Shown piece after piece: positions 1 through 9,320 of a stretch of 26,288 nt of DNA. Below the pieces are notes generated by a model. It searched no databases and had not been told where the DNA came from. It saw only the letters and a list, made by a program, of their open reading frames with translations. Within the stretch, counting starts at the first letter, position 1. Each line of letters starts with the position of its first letter. A program made the position numbers and the translations under genes. Origin of the DNA: a virus (taxonomy: Duplodnaviria; Caudoviricetes); IMG/VR virus record IMGVR_UViG_3300020045_000481, positions 1 through 26,288 of that record. The stretch is one strand, 5' to 3'.

Positions 1-206
1 TGATGTGGATTACGGGCCGCAAGTATTGGGACTTCATTTCATACGATGACCGCCTGCCAGAGCCGCTGAATATGTTTGTGAAGCGCATTGAAAGGGCCGA
101 AGATTGGATCGGCAAGATACTAGAGCCTCGTATTGCTGAATTTTCTCAGGAATGCGCCGATCTGCACGACAAGCTACGCGCCCAGGCTGAAGGGGCAGGG
201 GCATAA
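1..206 (+). CDS. C-terminal part of YqaJ/lambda-exonuclease family recombination nuclease (5' end outside window)
   Basis: MWITGRKYWDFISYDDRLP resembles the conserved 'W.tgr.w.dFvsYdprl' C-terminal motif of YqaJ-like phage exonucleases; frame is open from the window edge. Confidence 0.75.
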   Translation, partial: MWITGRKYWDFISYDDRLPEPLNMFVKRIERAEDWIGKILEPRIAEFSQECADLHDKLRAQAEGAGA

Positions 207-233
207 ATAAACCAACCATGACGGGAGATAATT

Positions 234-518
234 ATGTTCGGTAATACATTGAGGGATGCACGCATTGAAAACTTGGAAAATATGGTGGAGCAATTGCGCG
301 AAAAGATATATGTACTTGATGGCAAAACGAAAGATTTTGTTGTTGGCGATCGGCTTCCATATCCCTATAGTCTAGGGATGCACCACGATACACGCCCTGT
401 TATTTCAGTCCGTAGCGTAGTGGAGCGCATTCTTGACCATCTTGGCCTGTCCCTGCATGCCACAGAAGCAGTGCCGCAGACAATCACGCTCACCAAGCGC
501 CAGAAGAAAACCGCCTAG
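234..518 (+). CDS. hypothetical phage protein (94 aa)
   Basis: GGGAG RBS upstream of ATG; N-terminal coiled-coil-like segment; co-oriented with neighbours. Confidence 0.7.
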   Translation: MFGNTLRDARIENLENMVEQLREKIYVLDGKTKDFVVGDRLPYPYSLGMHHDTRPVISVRSVVERILDHLGLSLHATEAVPQTITLTKRQKKTA

Positions 519-537
519 CCCCCCCGACACCGAGAGG

Positions 538-756
538 ATGAAAATGGAACTCAGATTTGTGGAAAAAGCGGTTGATGCGCCCGAACATGGAAACGGCATT
601 GGAAAGATAGTGAAAATTCTGCAATACCGCTGCATGGAGCCGTTTGGTTCATGGGGGAAAGACGGGCAGCCTCCTATGCGAATGGGCGAGTGGCGCGACG
701 TTCCGTGTGTACCGCTGGACGCTCTCAGCGCCAGCGAGGCCGAGGGCAAGCCATGA
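538..756 (+). CDS. hypothetical phage protein (72 aa, MKMELRFVEK...WRDVP)
   Basis: Start moved from 433 to ATG 538 (or 544) after GAGAGG RBS, which removes the overlap with 234..518; stop overlaps next start (ATGA). Confidence 0.6.
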   Translation: MKMELRFVEKAVDAPEHGNGIGKIVKILQYRCMEPFGSWGKDGQPPMRMGEWRDVPCVPLDALSASEAEGKP

Positions 757-935
757 TCTCCGGCTGGCTTCTCCCCATATCCAGCGAGAACGGCAAGGCG
801 CACTACGTCCAGCGCATCGACAAGCACATGGGCGAGTCACTGTGCGGAAAGACCGTCAACCTTCAGTACGCCAAGGAAGTCCAACATGCGCGGCACTGCG
901 TTATCTGTGACCGCAAGCTAAGGGAGTGCGAATGA
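753..935 (+). CDS. small putative Zn-binding protein (60 aa; AH...LCG...CxxC)
   Basis: ATG 753 overlaps upstream TGA (ATGA); MISGWLL...KAHY...SLCGK...HCVICDRK. Confidence 0.6.
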   Translation: MISGWLLPISSENGKAHYVQRIDKHMGESLCGKTVNLQYAKEVQHARHCVICDRKLRECE

Positions 936-1060
936 TGATTAACGCCTGGATGCTGCTTCCAGCCTTCATGATTGGTGCATGGGCTGGCATTATGGCGCTG
1001 CTGCTGATGCAGGGCGCGGCTACTGTCTCTCGGAGCGCAGAATCGCCTGACACGCCGTAA
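932..1060 (+). CDS. small single-TM membrane protein (42 aa, MMINAWMLLPAFMIGAWAGIMALLLMQGAATVSRSAESPDTP); not in ORF track
   Basis: ATGA coupling to previous gene, GGGAG RBS, hydrophobic helix; read by hand. Confidence 0.5.
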   Translation: MMINAWMLLPAFMIGAWAGIMALLLMQGAATVSRSAESPDTP

Positions 1061-1523
1061 GCTGCCCAACCACGGCATCAGCCTCGTTCGCTAGGCCGAG
1101 AAGAAATCCAGCAGTCTTTGCCGGAAGGTCGGCTCCCTTGGCACCATTACTTCCGCTGGCACCGGGGGTAGTTGAGGCGGCTTGATTTCCACAGGCTTTA
1201 GGATCGGCGTTTGGGTCGCGCAAGACGAGAGCGCGAGACTCAACAGCAGTAAGGTCAGCAAGGCGCTGGGTTTCATTGTTGGCTATCCGTTTTTGGTACT
1301 GCGCCGATACTGCGGCGAACGCTTGCGCTTGGGCCTGCTCTTTAGCTCGGTACTGCTCAGAGAGAGATTTGTAAGCGGCTTGCGCTTCCGTGGCGGCTTT
1401 GAGGTCGCGCTGGGCTTGCTCTCCGGCGTCGATTTTTGCCCTGTTACGGTCGCCAGCAATATACGACGAAATAGCGATAAGGCCGACAAGAGCCGCGCAA
1501 ACAAGGTTTCCATAGAATGTCAT
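1020..1523 (-). CDS. Rz: i-spanin (Rz-like)
   Basis: N-terminal TM helix, Ala/Gln-rich coiled coil, C-terminal 'EADAVVGQLTACQAIL'; follows endolysin; contains embedded lipoprotein gene. Confidence 0.9.
   Translation of the reverse strand: MTFYGNLVCAALVGLIAISSYIAGDRNRAKIDAGEQAQRDLKAATEAQAAYKSLSEQYRAKEQAQAQAFAAVSAQYQKRIANNETQRLADLTAVESRALVLRDPNADPKACGNQAASTTPGASGSNGAKGADLPAKTAGFLLGLANEADAVVGQLTACQAILRSERQ
1091..1276 (-). CDS. Rz1: o-spanin lipoprotein (Rz1-like), fully embedded in Rz in another frame
   Basis: Signal peptide with lipobox LSS-C (Cys19) and Pro-rich mature part (KPPQLPPVPAEVMVP); lambda-type nested architecture. Confidence 0.88.
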   Translation of the reverse strand: MKPSALLTLLLLSLALSSCATQTPILKPVEIKPPQLPPVPAEVMVPREPTFRQRLLDFFSA

Positions 1524-1987
1524 CCTATCGTTCCACCAGCGTTGATATAAGCAACCCGAAGGTCGCTCGCCTTGTTCTCATGTTGCCCGTATCCCGCTCC
1601 CGGAAGCGATGCCCAAATGTTCCGGCAGGCGTGGATCGCATCGTCAAAGCGCCCATCTTTTATAAGAGGAATAGCCCCGCATTCCCTGATTTGCTGCATT
1701 GCAATAGCATCCTGAGACTCCGGGGAGAAATCTCGTAACCCAAGCTGGTTCCGGTAATGCTCGTAATACCGCCCTAGAAGCTGATAGCGCCCCGCTGCGC
1801 TCGATCTGAGGCCTGGACGCACCTGAACCACAATCTGCGGGTGAGCGGCGTATGAGTCGAATAAACCGCCCCCGACAAGCACGTTATAACCGTCATCCTG
1901 GCCGTACCGTGGCGTTCCCTCGCTGTGGGCCAGCATGTCAAGGAAAGCGGCTTGATTCGGCGTTAAGCTTGCTAGGCGGGCCATCAC
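1520..1987 (-). CDS. endolysin, lambda R-like lytic transglycosylase
   Basis: Motifs AFLDMLAHSEGT, SSAAGRYQLL, DFSPESQD, IWASLPGAGYGQHE. Confidence 0.95.
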   Translation of the reverse strand: MMARLASLTPNQAAFLDMLAHSEGTPRYGQDDGYNVLVGGGLFDSYAAHPQIVVQVRPGLRSSAAGRYQLLGRYYEHYRNQLGLRDFSPESQDAIAMQQIRECGAIPLIKDGRFDDAIHACRNIWASLPGAGYGQHENKASDLRVAYINAGGTIG

Positions 1988-2277
1988 TGATCCTTTGGTG
2001 GCAACGAGAACAATTTAGCGGTAATCGGAGTTATCCACAAGGCACCGTAGGCGGCAAAAAGTAGCTCCGTCATCTTGCCGTCAAAGGTCAGCCGGATCAT
2101 TACCCACGAGGTCACAATGAAGCTGCCAAGGAACACACAGGCCAGCTTCGATATGCGCCCGTTCTCCATCAGCAGATCGAGGAAGTTAAACGTATTCCCA
2201 GGATCGCGGTTGGCCCTGTAAATCGACCACGCCACCATCAGCGCCAGGATCAGCAGGGCGGCATCGGTTACTCTCAC
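1984..2277 (-). CDS. putative holin (about 3 TM helices)
   Basis: Three hydrophobic segments, directly upstream of endolysin; likely start GTG 2277 overlapping upstream stop (ORF track gives 2307). Confidence 0.65.
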   Translation of the reverse strand: MRVTDAALLILALMVAWSIYRANRDPGNTFNFLDLLMENGRISKLACVFLGSFIVTSWVMIRLTFDGKMTELLFAAYGALWITPITAKLFSLPPKDQ

Positions 2278-2513
2278 CGAATCACCGCCGTAACAGTGCC
2301 GATCCATTTTGTCAGAAACGCGCCCACAATCCCGCCAGACCCCCCAACAAGTAGCAGCATTCTCCAGCCGCCCTTGGCTTCGGATAATGTGGCAAGGATA
2401 ACTTTTATGTCTCTCGCCATTTGTTCATGTTGCTTGAGCATGGCCTGCATCTGAGTCTCTAACACAGCAATCCTCTCTCTTGATTCAAGGTCTGATCTAC
2501 GATCCTCAGCCAT
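2274..2513 (-). CDS. putative holin/antiholin-like membrane protein (coiled coil + C-terminal TM)
   Basis: ERIAVLETQMQAM coiled coil, then GGWRMLLLVGGSGGIVGAFL; AAGGA RBS; first gene of lysis cassette. Confidence 0.6.
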   Translation of the reverse strand: MAEDRRSDLESRERIAVLETQMQAMLKQHEQMARDIKVILATLSEAKGGWRMLLLVGGSGGIVGAFLTKWIGTVTAVIR

Positions 2514-2525
2514 TTTTGTTCCTTT

Positions 2526-3641
2526 TTATTGGTCGCCATACACCGCTATGCACAACCTTGTGCAATCTGCCGGCATCTGAATAACCGCTCCCCCAACAGC
2601 ATTGCATTCCACTCTGAATCCTGTTGTCGATGGCGTTGTGCCGTTGTAGATACTTGGAATCATTGATTGATTGGCATTGACCCATGTCAGTCCACCAAAC
2701 ACAACAGAGTAGTTTCCGCTTGACATGGCGGTTGTAAAGGAAAAGGAATAATCCCCTGTTGCATTCTTGGTTGGTGCGGCGAAGTTATAAGACGCAAGGA
2801 CTGCGCCGGTAGCGCCGTTATAAACCATCCACGCCTTACATGCACTTTGATGGTACTGCGCCCTTCCCGGAGTAACCATTACGGAAGTGCTGCTGCCAGC
2901 CTCCATCTGCGCTTGAGAAGCTGCCGCCGTTGACCCGGCAAGCGCGGTTCCATCTGCGCGGATATAGGCCAAGCATTTCCAGTTACCTGACCCGAGCGAT
3001 TTGAACAAAGCCGTATCGCCTGCTGCGGTTGTGATGTTCGCGGCAGACGGGAGGATCATGCTGGTTGCGTTGTAGGTCAGCGTCAACACGCCGGAGAAAG
3101 TAACCCAGCGATGAAGCCCTGCTGTCACATTGTCAAATGCAGTTATAGTAGCCACGCCAGTCACCGTTACGTTGTTAGACGCCGCTGCGCCAATGTTTGT
3201 CGTTGTGGCCGAGGCCACGTTTACATCTGCTGCAAAATTTACCGCTGCGCCCGACATGATGATGGTGCCGGTTACTGTTCCGCCATCGGAGAAAATATCC
3301 CCTGCAAACTGTGATGCGCTGGTCGATTGCATCAGAGTTGCGAAGTAGGCGGAAGGCGTGACGCAGCCAGCCACGTTGTCTATCGGCCCGTAGATTGCCC
3401 CGCCCGTTGAGTCCGTCACCGTAACCCGGTATTCCGTCCCCGGCGTGAACCAGATATTCGCCTCGCCTCTGGAATCCAGCGTGACAGGATTGGTATTGGC
3501 GGTGTTTCCGGTTGAATCCGTCCACGTTGTCGCCGGGGTCGATCCACCGCTGAGATAGGTATAAACCTTCCCGCCTGCCAGCGGTGCGCCAGCCTCGTCA
3601 AAAGCTTGAAATTTTGGCGAAGGTGCCAGATATTTTGTCAT
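2526..3641 (-). CDS. tail fibre / receptor-binding protein 2
   Basis: N-terminal virion-attachment domain (PLAGGKVYTY...NTNPVTLDSRGEA); C-terminal 'KAWMVYNG...TGDYSFSFTTAMSSGNYSV' fibre-tip-like domain. Confidence 0.85.
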   Translation of the reverse strand: MTKYLAPSPKFQAFDEAGAPLAGGKVYTYLSGGSTPATTWTDSTGNTANTNPVTLDSRGEANIWFTPGTEYRVTVTDSTGGAIYGPIDNVAGCVTPSAYFATLMQSTSASQFAGDIFSDGGTVTGTIIMSGAAVNFAADVNVASATTTNIGAAASNNVTVTGVATITAFDNVTAGLHRWVTFSGVLTLTYNATSMILPSAANITTAAGDTALFKSLGSGNWKCLAYIRADGTALAGSTAAASQAQMEAGSSTSVMVTPGRAQYHQSACKAWMVYNGATGAVLASYNFAAPTKNATGDYSFSFTTAMSSGNYSVVFGGLTWVNANQSMIPSIYNGTTPSTTGFRVECNAVGGAVIQMPADCTRLCIAVYGDQ

Positions 3642-5044
3642 GCCCCTACCCCTGTCATTACTCGATTGCCGGTTCCGGTAAGGCTGACCGCAGCGGCCAA
3701 CAGCAGGCTAGGCGACCATGCCAGCCCATGCCAAAAGTTTCCGTTCGGCGTTGCGTTCAGCGTCCAAGTAACCCCATCCAATGATGTCATTGCACTACCA
3801 TCATAGGCTGTTGAAATAAACAAACTTATCTCTGGTGCCCAAACCACGTTAAACCACGGCGCGGTAGAAGCCGCTGCTCTGGTTGTCCATGTAATGCCAT
3901 CTGGTGAAGTCTTAACTCTGACCGTTCCAAGATCGGCAACGGCGACAAATAAAGAAAGTTCAGGCGACCAGCAGATTGACCGCCATACCGTCCCGCCGCC
4001 TGAGTCGTTGGCCCGTTGCGTCCATGTAGTATTGCCGTCAACAGAAGTCCCGATAAGTCCAGCCGACCCGCATCCAGCCCACAGCCCAAGCGATGACGAA
4101 TACGCGCAGCCCGTCATATACATTTGCGAAAAGCCAACCGTGTAGGTTGTCCACGATATTCCATCAGTTGAACTCATTACCTGATCGCCACTTCCGCTGC
4201 TAACCTCGCCACAGACAAGTCGCGTTCCGTTCCATCCAATACACGCCCATTGATAATCATTGGAGCTTGTGCGCGAAGTCCATGTAATTCCATCAGGTGA
4301 AGTCATTACGCGGTTTCCGGTTCCGGTGATGGACACCGCCACGAACAAGCTCAATTCCGCCGCCCATACAATCGCATCCCACTGATTCGCCGCCGCAGCA
4401 GATCGCGCAGTCCAAGTCACGCCATTAGGGGAAGTCATCACCCTGTTGGTTCCATCAAGGGCTATCGCCGCAAATAGTGCCAGCGAAGGCGACCAAGCAA
4501 TGCCGCGCCACTGGTTATCCTCGGCGCTGGTTCTGGCTGTCCACGTTAGCTGCGTGGGCGGGTTATTGATGGTGACATTGTTCGATGCCGCCGCGCCGAT
4601 GGCCGTTGTCGGTGTCCCGTAAAGCGATACATCGGCAGCGTAATTGATCGCAGCATCTTCCATTTGCAGCGTCGCAGTAAATGTCCCGCCCTGCCCGATG
4701 GTTGCCGAGAACGTGCCGGACAGTGACGTTTGCTGCATCAGAGTCGCCATGTACGAGGATGGCGTTACGCTTCCTGCCACCCTCGTAGCCGTGAATTGCA
4801 GCACTCCTGCCGAGTTTTGAACGTGCAGATCGTACTTCACCCCTTGCGTCAGGAACAGGTCGCACTCGCCCCGGCTGTCCAAAACGATAGGGCTGTCGTT
4901 AAGCGTCCCCGACGAATCGGAGTAAGTGTCCCCTAACGTAGTAGTCCCTGCCGCATAAGCATAGACAAACCCGCCACTCAGCGGCACACCGTTCTGATCC
5001 GTGGCGCGGAACTTGGGGGAGGGGGCCAGGTATTTAGTTGCCAT
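3638..5044 (-). CDS. tail fibre/spike 1 with Asp-box (BNR)-like beta-propeller
   Basis: Same N-terminal domain as 2526..3641; about seven ~43-aa repeats with S-x-D/N-G-x-T/S-W (e.g. TSPDGITWT). Confidence 0.85.
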   Translation of the reverse strand: MATKYLAPSPKFRATDQNGVPLSGGFVYAYAAGTTTLGDTYSDSSGTLNDSPIVLDSRGECDLFLTQGVKYDLHVQNSAGVLQFTATRVAGSVTPSSYMATLMQQTSLSGTFSATIGQGGTFTATLQMEDAAINYAADVSLYGTPTTAIGAAASNNVTINNPPTQLTWTARTSAEDNQWRGIAWSPSLALFAAIALDGTNRVMTSPNGVTWTARSAAAANQWDAIVWAAELSLFVAVSITGTGNRVMTSPDGITWTSRTSSNDYQWACIGWNGTRLVCGEVSSGSGDQVMSSTDGISWTTYTVGFSQMYMTGCAYSSSLGLWAGCGSAGLIGTSVDGNTTWTQRANDSGGGTVWRSICWSPELSLFVAVADLGTVRVKTSPDGITWTTRAAASTAPWFNVVWAPEISLFISTAYDGSAMTSLDGVTWTLNATPNGNFWHGLAWSPSLLLAAAVSLTGTGNRVMTGVGA

Positions 5045-6615
5045 TAGCGATCTACCTGCGCCATACCGCCGATGTTAAGCAACTGATTCGCAGACTCGCT
5101 GGTAATGAGATTGCCAAGCCGGTTCGTCATGGAAGGCCCGTAAGACGGGGGATTAACGAGCATGTTTTGGTATGGGCGAGACAGCATAAGCGAGCGACCA
5201 ATGGGCGGGGCGGCCATGATGCCCAACATAGCCGGATTCTGCGTCATGGCCGATGCTATGGCAGAAGCCCCTGCCCACGTCGGACTGATGCTGCCAATGC
5301 CGCCAATAGCTTCCGGGCGTTGTGCGGCTTTTGGAAACTGTTGCCCAAACTCGGCTGCGGTCTTTATCCCACCTTCTAACGGTTTCTTTTTTAGTTCCTT
5401 TGCCAGCCCAGCCGCGTTCACGTTTCCATCGTTTGCCAAATGCTTTTCTACGGTATAGGTTTGAGCGATAGTTTTACGCGCCTCGCGGAAATTCTTGATT
5501 ACATCTTTGGGAGCCTTGTTCGTCACCAGATTTCGCTCAATCAAATCCTCCATCGCATCGGCAACGGCACGAAAATCGCTGCCCATTTTCTTTTCGCCAC
5601 CTCTATAGGCCAAATCCGCTCGCTCGCGCAAGTCCCTGATAACGGGGATTGCCGCGTCTGAGTCAAACTGGCCTACGCCAACAGACTTCACTTCTTTGAG
5701 GATTGGCGGTTCTGCTCGATCAGGGAAATTGGCTTTGATGCGCTCTGCGTCAGCAGTAATGCCTTTCAAAGCGGCCATGTAAGTCTCATCTGCAACGATA
5801 GTCCCGACGTTTCGTACAGCATCGTAGTTCGCTCCTGCGGCGCGACGTATTTCCCCTAGCGCATCAGCCGAAAGCGGAATGTCATCTGGTATGCCAAATG
5901 CCTCTTTTACCAACTTGTTCGTAACCGGCTGGTTCCGCAAAGACGCGGCTTTGTGCAATTTGCCCTCGCTAACAAGCCCCTGAAGCAGTTTGTTCGTCAT
6001 GGATGGATTGACTTGTGCTGGAGGCAAAACATAGCCAGCCGCCTTTGCCTGCGCGGTTCCTGCGTCCGTGAGGGAGCCTGCAACCTTGGCTTGCGCCCTT
6101 GCTGCCTCATCTGCGGCTTGAGCGGCCTTTGTGCCCTTTGGAATAATTTTCCCAAGCACCAGCGGTATGGACTGGATCGCCGTGTTTGTGGCAGTCCCAG
6201 CCAGCGGCCCCGCCACATCTGCTACGGCCTGCCCAGCGGTGTCAGCCTTGCCAGCCAACCACTCAAATGGCGCGGCTATGGTTTTTGTTATGTTCTCGCC
6301 GGACTGCGTGCGCGGCTGATACGTGCCTGCCTGCCCGATCCGCTGCGACAGGTCAGCGCCGATGCCTTCCCGCAGGAACGGGGTTGCCGCAGCCAGCGTG
6401 CCCACGATCCCGCCAGCGGGCGCAGCAATCGCCCCGGTTCCGAGTGCGAGGGCCGTTTCGCCAAGGCCGACGAGCATTCCGCCCTCCGGCTTGGATGGCT
6501 TGGCTGTTTCCGACTTGGAAAGCTCATACGCCTTGCTCACCGTATCGAACTCAGGCGTGCCGCGCTTGTCCTTGTTCTTGACAATCCAAGCTGCGTATTC
6601 TTCTGCGGAGGCCAT
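5044..6615 (-). CDS. DNA ejection (internal virion) protein, P22 gp16-position
   Basis: Ala/Gly-rich, helical; third of three large genes between tail hub and fibres; coupled to neighbours. Confidence 0.65.
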   Translation of the reverse strand: MASAEEYAAWIVKNKDKRGTPEFDTVSKAYELSKSETAKPSKPEGGMLVGLGETALALGTGAIAAPAGGIVGTLAAATPFLREGIGADLSQRIGQAGTYQPRTQSGENITKTIAAPFEWLAGKADTAGQAVADVAGPLAGTATNTAIQSIPLVLGKIIPKGTKAAQAADEAARAQAKVAGSLTDAGTAQAKAAGYVLPPAQVNPSMTNKLLQGLVSEGKLHKAASLRNQPVTNKLVKEAFGIPDDIPLSADALGEIRRAAGANYDAVRNVGTIVADETYMAALKGITADAERIKANFPDRAEPPILKEVKSVGVGQFDSDAAIPVIRDLRERADLAYRGGEKKMGSDFRAVADAMEDLIERNLVTNKAPKDVIKNFREARKTIAQTYTVEKHLANDGNVNAAGLAKELKKKPLEGGIKTAAEFGQQFPKAAQRPEAIGGIGSISPTWAGASAIASAMTQNPAMLGIMAAPPIGRSLMLSRPYQNMLVNPPSYGPSMTNRLGNLITSESANQLLNIGGMAQVDR

Positions 6616-7928
6616 CAGCCGCCCCCTTTCAGGATCGCGTCAGCTTGATCCTGAATCGAACTGCCAGAGTACGCCGGAGGCTCGTCCACGGTCAGGGGAA
6701 TATTGGACTTGACGCCCTTGGCCTTGTTGTTGTGGGACTTGATGATGTTCCGCGCCGCCCGGTCGTTCAGATTCAGGATTTTCTCGATTGAATCCTTGTT
6801 CAGCGTGATCTTGCCGCCAGCCATCTTCTCGGCGTACTCGCGGTCAGCGTTGGACAGCCCGGTTCCTGCGCCGAACTGTTTTATGACCTTGCCGACGTTC
6901 TGCGCCATATTCGCGGCAAATGCTTCAGTGTTGGAAATCGTATCATTGCCTAGACTGATGCCAGCCTGATTGAGAGCCTTGCCAAAGTTTGTGATGTACT
7001 CCGCGCCGAAGCCCGACACGATGCCACTCTTGAGAAGTTGCTTGCCGACGTTGACGGTGTTGATGATTTCCTTGGCGTCCTCGGCCCCCTTGCGGCCAGT
7101 AACAATTTCCTTTGCTTGCTCCTTGCCAAGTTCAACCTCAAATGCCTTTTCCTGGGCTGGCATGTTCACGTTGGTTGTATTTTTGCCAGCATTAGCGATT
7201 TGGACGCGGCCAGCGATATAGTTAGGGTCAAACACTAGCTTTCCAGATGCGTCTCTGACCATGCCAGTCGGAATTGTTGGAGTCTTTTCAAGCGCCGGGA
7301 CGTTTGGCAGTGCGCCAATTGGCCCCGCCATCATATTCTTGTTAACCGGCTGGACAGTACCCCCAAGATCGGTCATTACAACATCAGGGCTATAAGCTTG
7401 AATCGCATTCAGCCCATGCGCCGAAGCCGAAGCCCCGGAGCGCACCCACTGCATCAGCGCATCTTGATTCAGGACGGTAGGCACAGGCGCATGGAACGGG
7501 ATTCCCTGCGCCTTCAGGTTTTCCAGCACTGATCCAACATTATCCGGCGACGGATTGGCAAGCAGGGTAGCCATGCTGTTGCCATAAATCTCAAGATTTT
7601 TGGCGTAGGTGTCGGCTTTGGCCTTGTCCAAATCAATCTTAGACTTGGCCAGTTCTGCCTGCTGCTTAGAAATAGCCCCAGCAGGCTTATACAAACCCTT
7701 TGAGAGCAGCGCATTGACGGCCCTATCGTAGTCCCCACCAGCGCCGGAAATCGCTTGGCGTGTCGCTTCTTCTTCCCGCTGCGCCCGTAGCGCATTCTGG
7801 TACTGAAGCCCACCAAGCTGGTTCTGCTGCTGCGCGTTCTGGATCGCCAGCACATTGGCGTATTGTGACATCGGATCAGCAATTTTCGGCTGCTGATAGC
7901 CCATTGCAATATTGGGATCAAGTGGCAT
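6615..7928 (-). CDS. DNA ejection protein, P22 gp20-position
   Basis: MPLDPNIAMG start, Gln/Ala-rich helical content, synteny. Confidence 0.65.
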   Translation of the reverse strand: MPLDPNIAMGYQQPKIADPMSQYANVLAIQNAQQQNQLGGLQYQNALRAQREEEATRQAISGAGGDYDRAVNALLSKGLYKPAGAISKQQAELAKSKIDLDKAKADTYAKNLEIYGNSMATLLANPSPDNVGSVLENLKAQGIPFHAPVPTVLNQDALMQWVRSGASASAHGLNAIQAYSPDVVMTDLGGTVQPVNKNMMAGPIGALPNVPALEKTPTIPTGMVRDASGKLVFDPNYIAGRVQIANAGKNTTNVNMPAQEKAFEVELGKEQAKEIVTGRKGAEDAKEIINTVNVGKQLLKSGIVSGFGAEYITNFGKALNQAGISLGNDTISNTEAFAANMAQNVGKVIKQFGAGTGLSNADREYAEKMAGGKITLNKDSIEKILNLNDRAARNIIKSHNNKAKGVKSNIPLTVDEPPAYSGSSIQDQADAILKGGG

Positions 7929-7937
7929 GGCTATTCC

Positions 7938-9320
7938 TTACCTGTCACCGTATTCGCCAGAAACCGAATAAGGATCAACGTTATAGCTTCCATAATTCAC
8001 AGGATTTCTGTTGTTCATCAGCGAATTAAGTAATTGCCCACTCTGGTACGCATTGTAAGCGCCAGTCAGCCCCCCAGACAAGGCGTTTGCCTCGCCCATG
8101 TAGCCTGATGCCCGAGCGTTCCCAATCCCCTGCATGGTATTTCCCACATTCTGAGCGGTTGACTGCCCCATGCCGGAAAGCTGGTTGACCGCGTTCTGCC
8201 CCGTTCCAGCCACCCCTGCTAGCCGGTTATAGGCATTCCCCTGATCTTGGTTGTATCGGTTATAGGCGTTCTGGTACTCATTTGATGCCTGATCCTGCCC
8301 GTAGCGGGTGATCCCCTTCAAAACGCCGCCAGAAAGCAGGTTCCCGCGAGCCGCAGCAGATCGCTCGATGGCTTTCATGCCCTCAGACAGCCTGAACCCA
8401 TACCCGGGATCGGCTTGGTAATCGGCCATGCTGAACGGCTTCACCAATGCGCCCCCAGGCTGGATGCCTGCCGCAAGCTGATTAACGGCCCCGGTGCCTG
8501 CCTGTAGCCACGGCTGCATATTGGCTTGGTTCTGCTGGAACATCTGCCATTGGAGGGCGTTAGCGTCCTGCCCAGCCTTGGTTTGGGCATCCACGGCATT
8601 CCCAGCGGCATTTGATCCGAGCAGGCCGCCAACCAGATTCGCGGCTGGCCCCGCCAGATTCTTCACAACATCCCACATTCCAATATCAGCCATAGTTCCT
8701 GCTCCTGTGCCTGCTGCCGTTCCTGCTGCTGTACCTGCCGATCCAGAACCGCCGCCCGAGCTAAAAAGACTGGTCGGGGACGGAATGGAGGACAGCATAT
8801 TCTTAACGCTACCAACGAATCCCGGTTCTACCGCCGCTGGCATGGGGAATGCCCCTGCCGTTCCTGCTGCCGTTGTGCCACCAGAAAGGGCGTTTGTGGC
8901 TGCCCCAAGCGCATTGCCCAACCCATAGGCTCCGGCCATCATTGCGGCAGGCGGCCCCCATTCCTTTAGCGCCATCCCAAGCAAACTGCCGCCAGATTCG
9001 TTCCCCGGAGCGATCTGGTACTGCAACCCCATCGAATCGGCAAACCCTTGCGGAAGCCTTTTCGCGTTGTTGTCCAGAACCATCTGCTCCCACTGGCCGG
9101 TATCAGGATTGAGCATTTCAGAGCGTGCCCCACCCTGCATGTACCGATAGTCCGGCTTGAACGGCTCGCCTTTGGAATTGACGATGTATTCTTCGTAATC
9201 AGCCGAACCCCCGTCCATCGTGCGTTTGAACACGCGCATTCCCGGCGTGAGCTGCCCAGAGAACGGACGTTTTCCGACATTGCCCTCGCCGTTTTCTACG
9301 TCAATGTACCAGTCCATCAT
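7938..9320 (-). CDS. DNA ejection/pilot protein (P22 gp7-like) with long N-terminal extension
   Basis: C-terminal half has 'QPWLQAGTGA...DPGYGFRLSEG...SAAARGNLLSG...GNARASGY' typical of gp7-like proteins. Confidence 0.78.
   Translation of the reverse strand: MMDWYIDVENGEGNVGKRPFSGQLTPGMRVFKRTMDGGSADYEEYIVNSKGEPFKPDYRYMQGGARSEMLNPDTGQWEQMVLDNNAKRLPQGFADSMGLQYQIAPGNESGGSLLGMALKEWGPPAAMMAGAYGLGNALGAATNALSGGTTAAGTAGAFPMPAAVEPGFVGSVKNMLSSIPSPTSLFSSGGGSGSAGTAAGTAAGTGAGTMADIGMWDVVKNLAGPAANLVGGLLGSNAAGNAVDAQTKAGQDANALQWQMFQQNQANMQPWLQAGTGAVNQLAAGIQPGGALVKPFSMADYQADPGYGFRLSEGMKAIERSAAARGNLLSGGVLKGITRYGQDQASNEYQNAYNRYNQDQGNAYNRLAGVAGTGQNAVNQLSGMGQSTAQNVGNTMQGIGNARASGYMGEANALSGGLTGAYNAYQSGQLLNSLMNNRNPVNYGSYNVDPYSVSGEYGDR

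Noticed and set aside
1091-1276. Gene-within-gene in Rz as a novelty
   Set aside because: Real, but it is the well-known lambda-type Rz/Rz1 architecture
3650-4560. ~130-bp periodic repeats as possible CRISPR array or DGR template/variable repeats
   Set aside because: Repeats are degenerate at synonymous positions and encode propeller blades; no adenine-specific mismatch pair and no reverse transcriptase in the window
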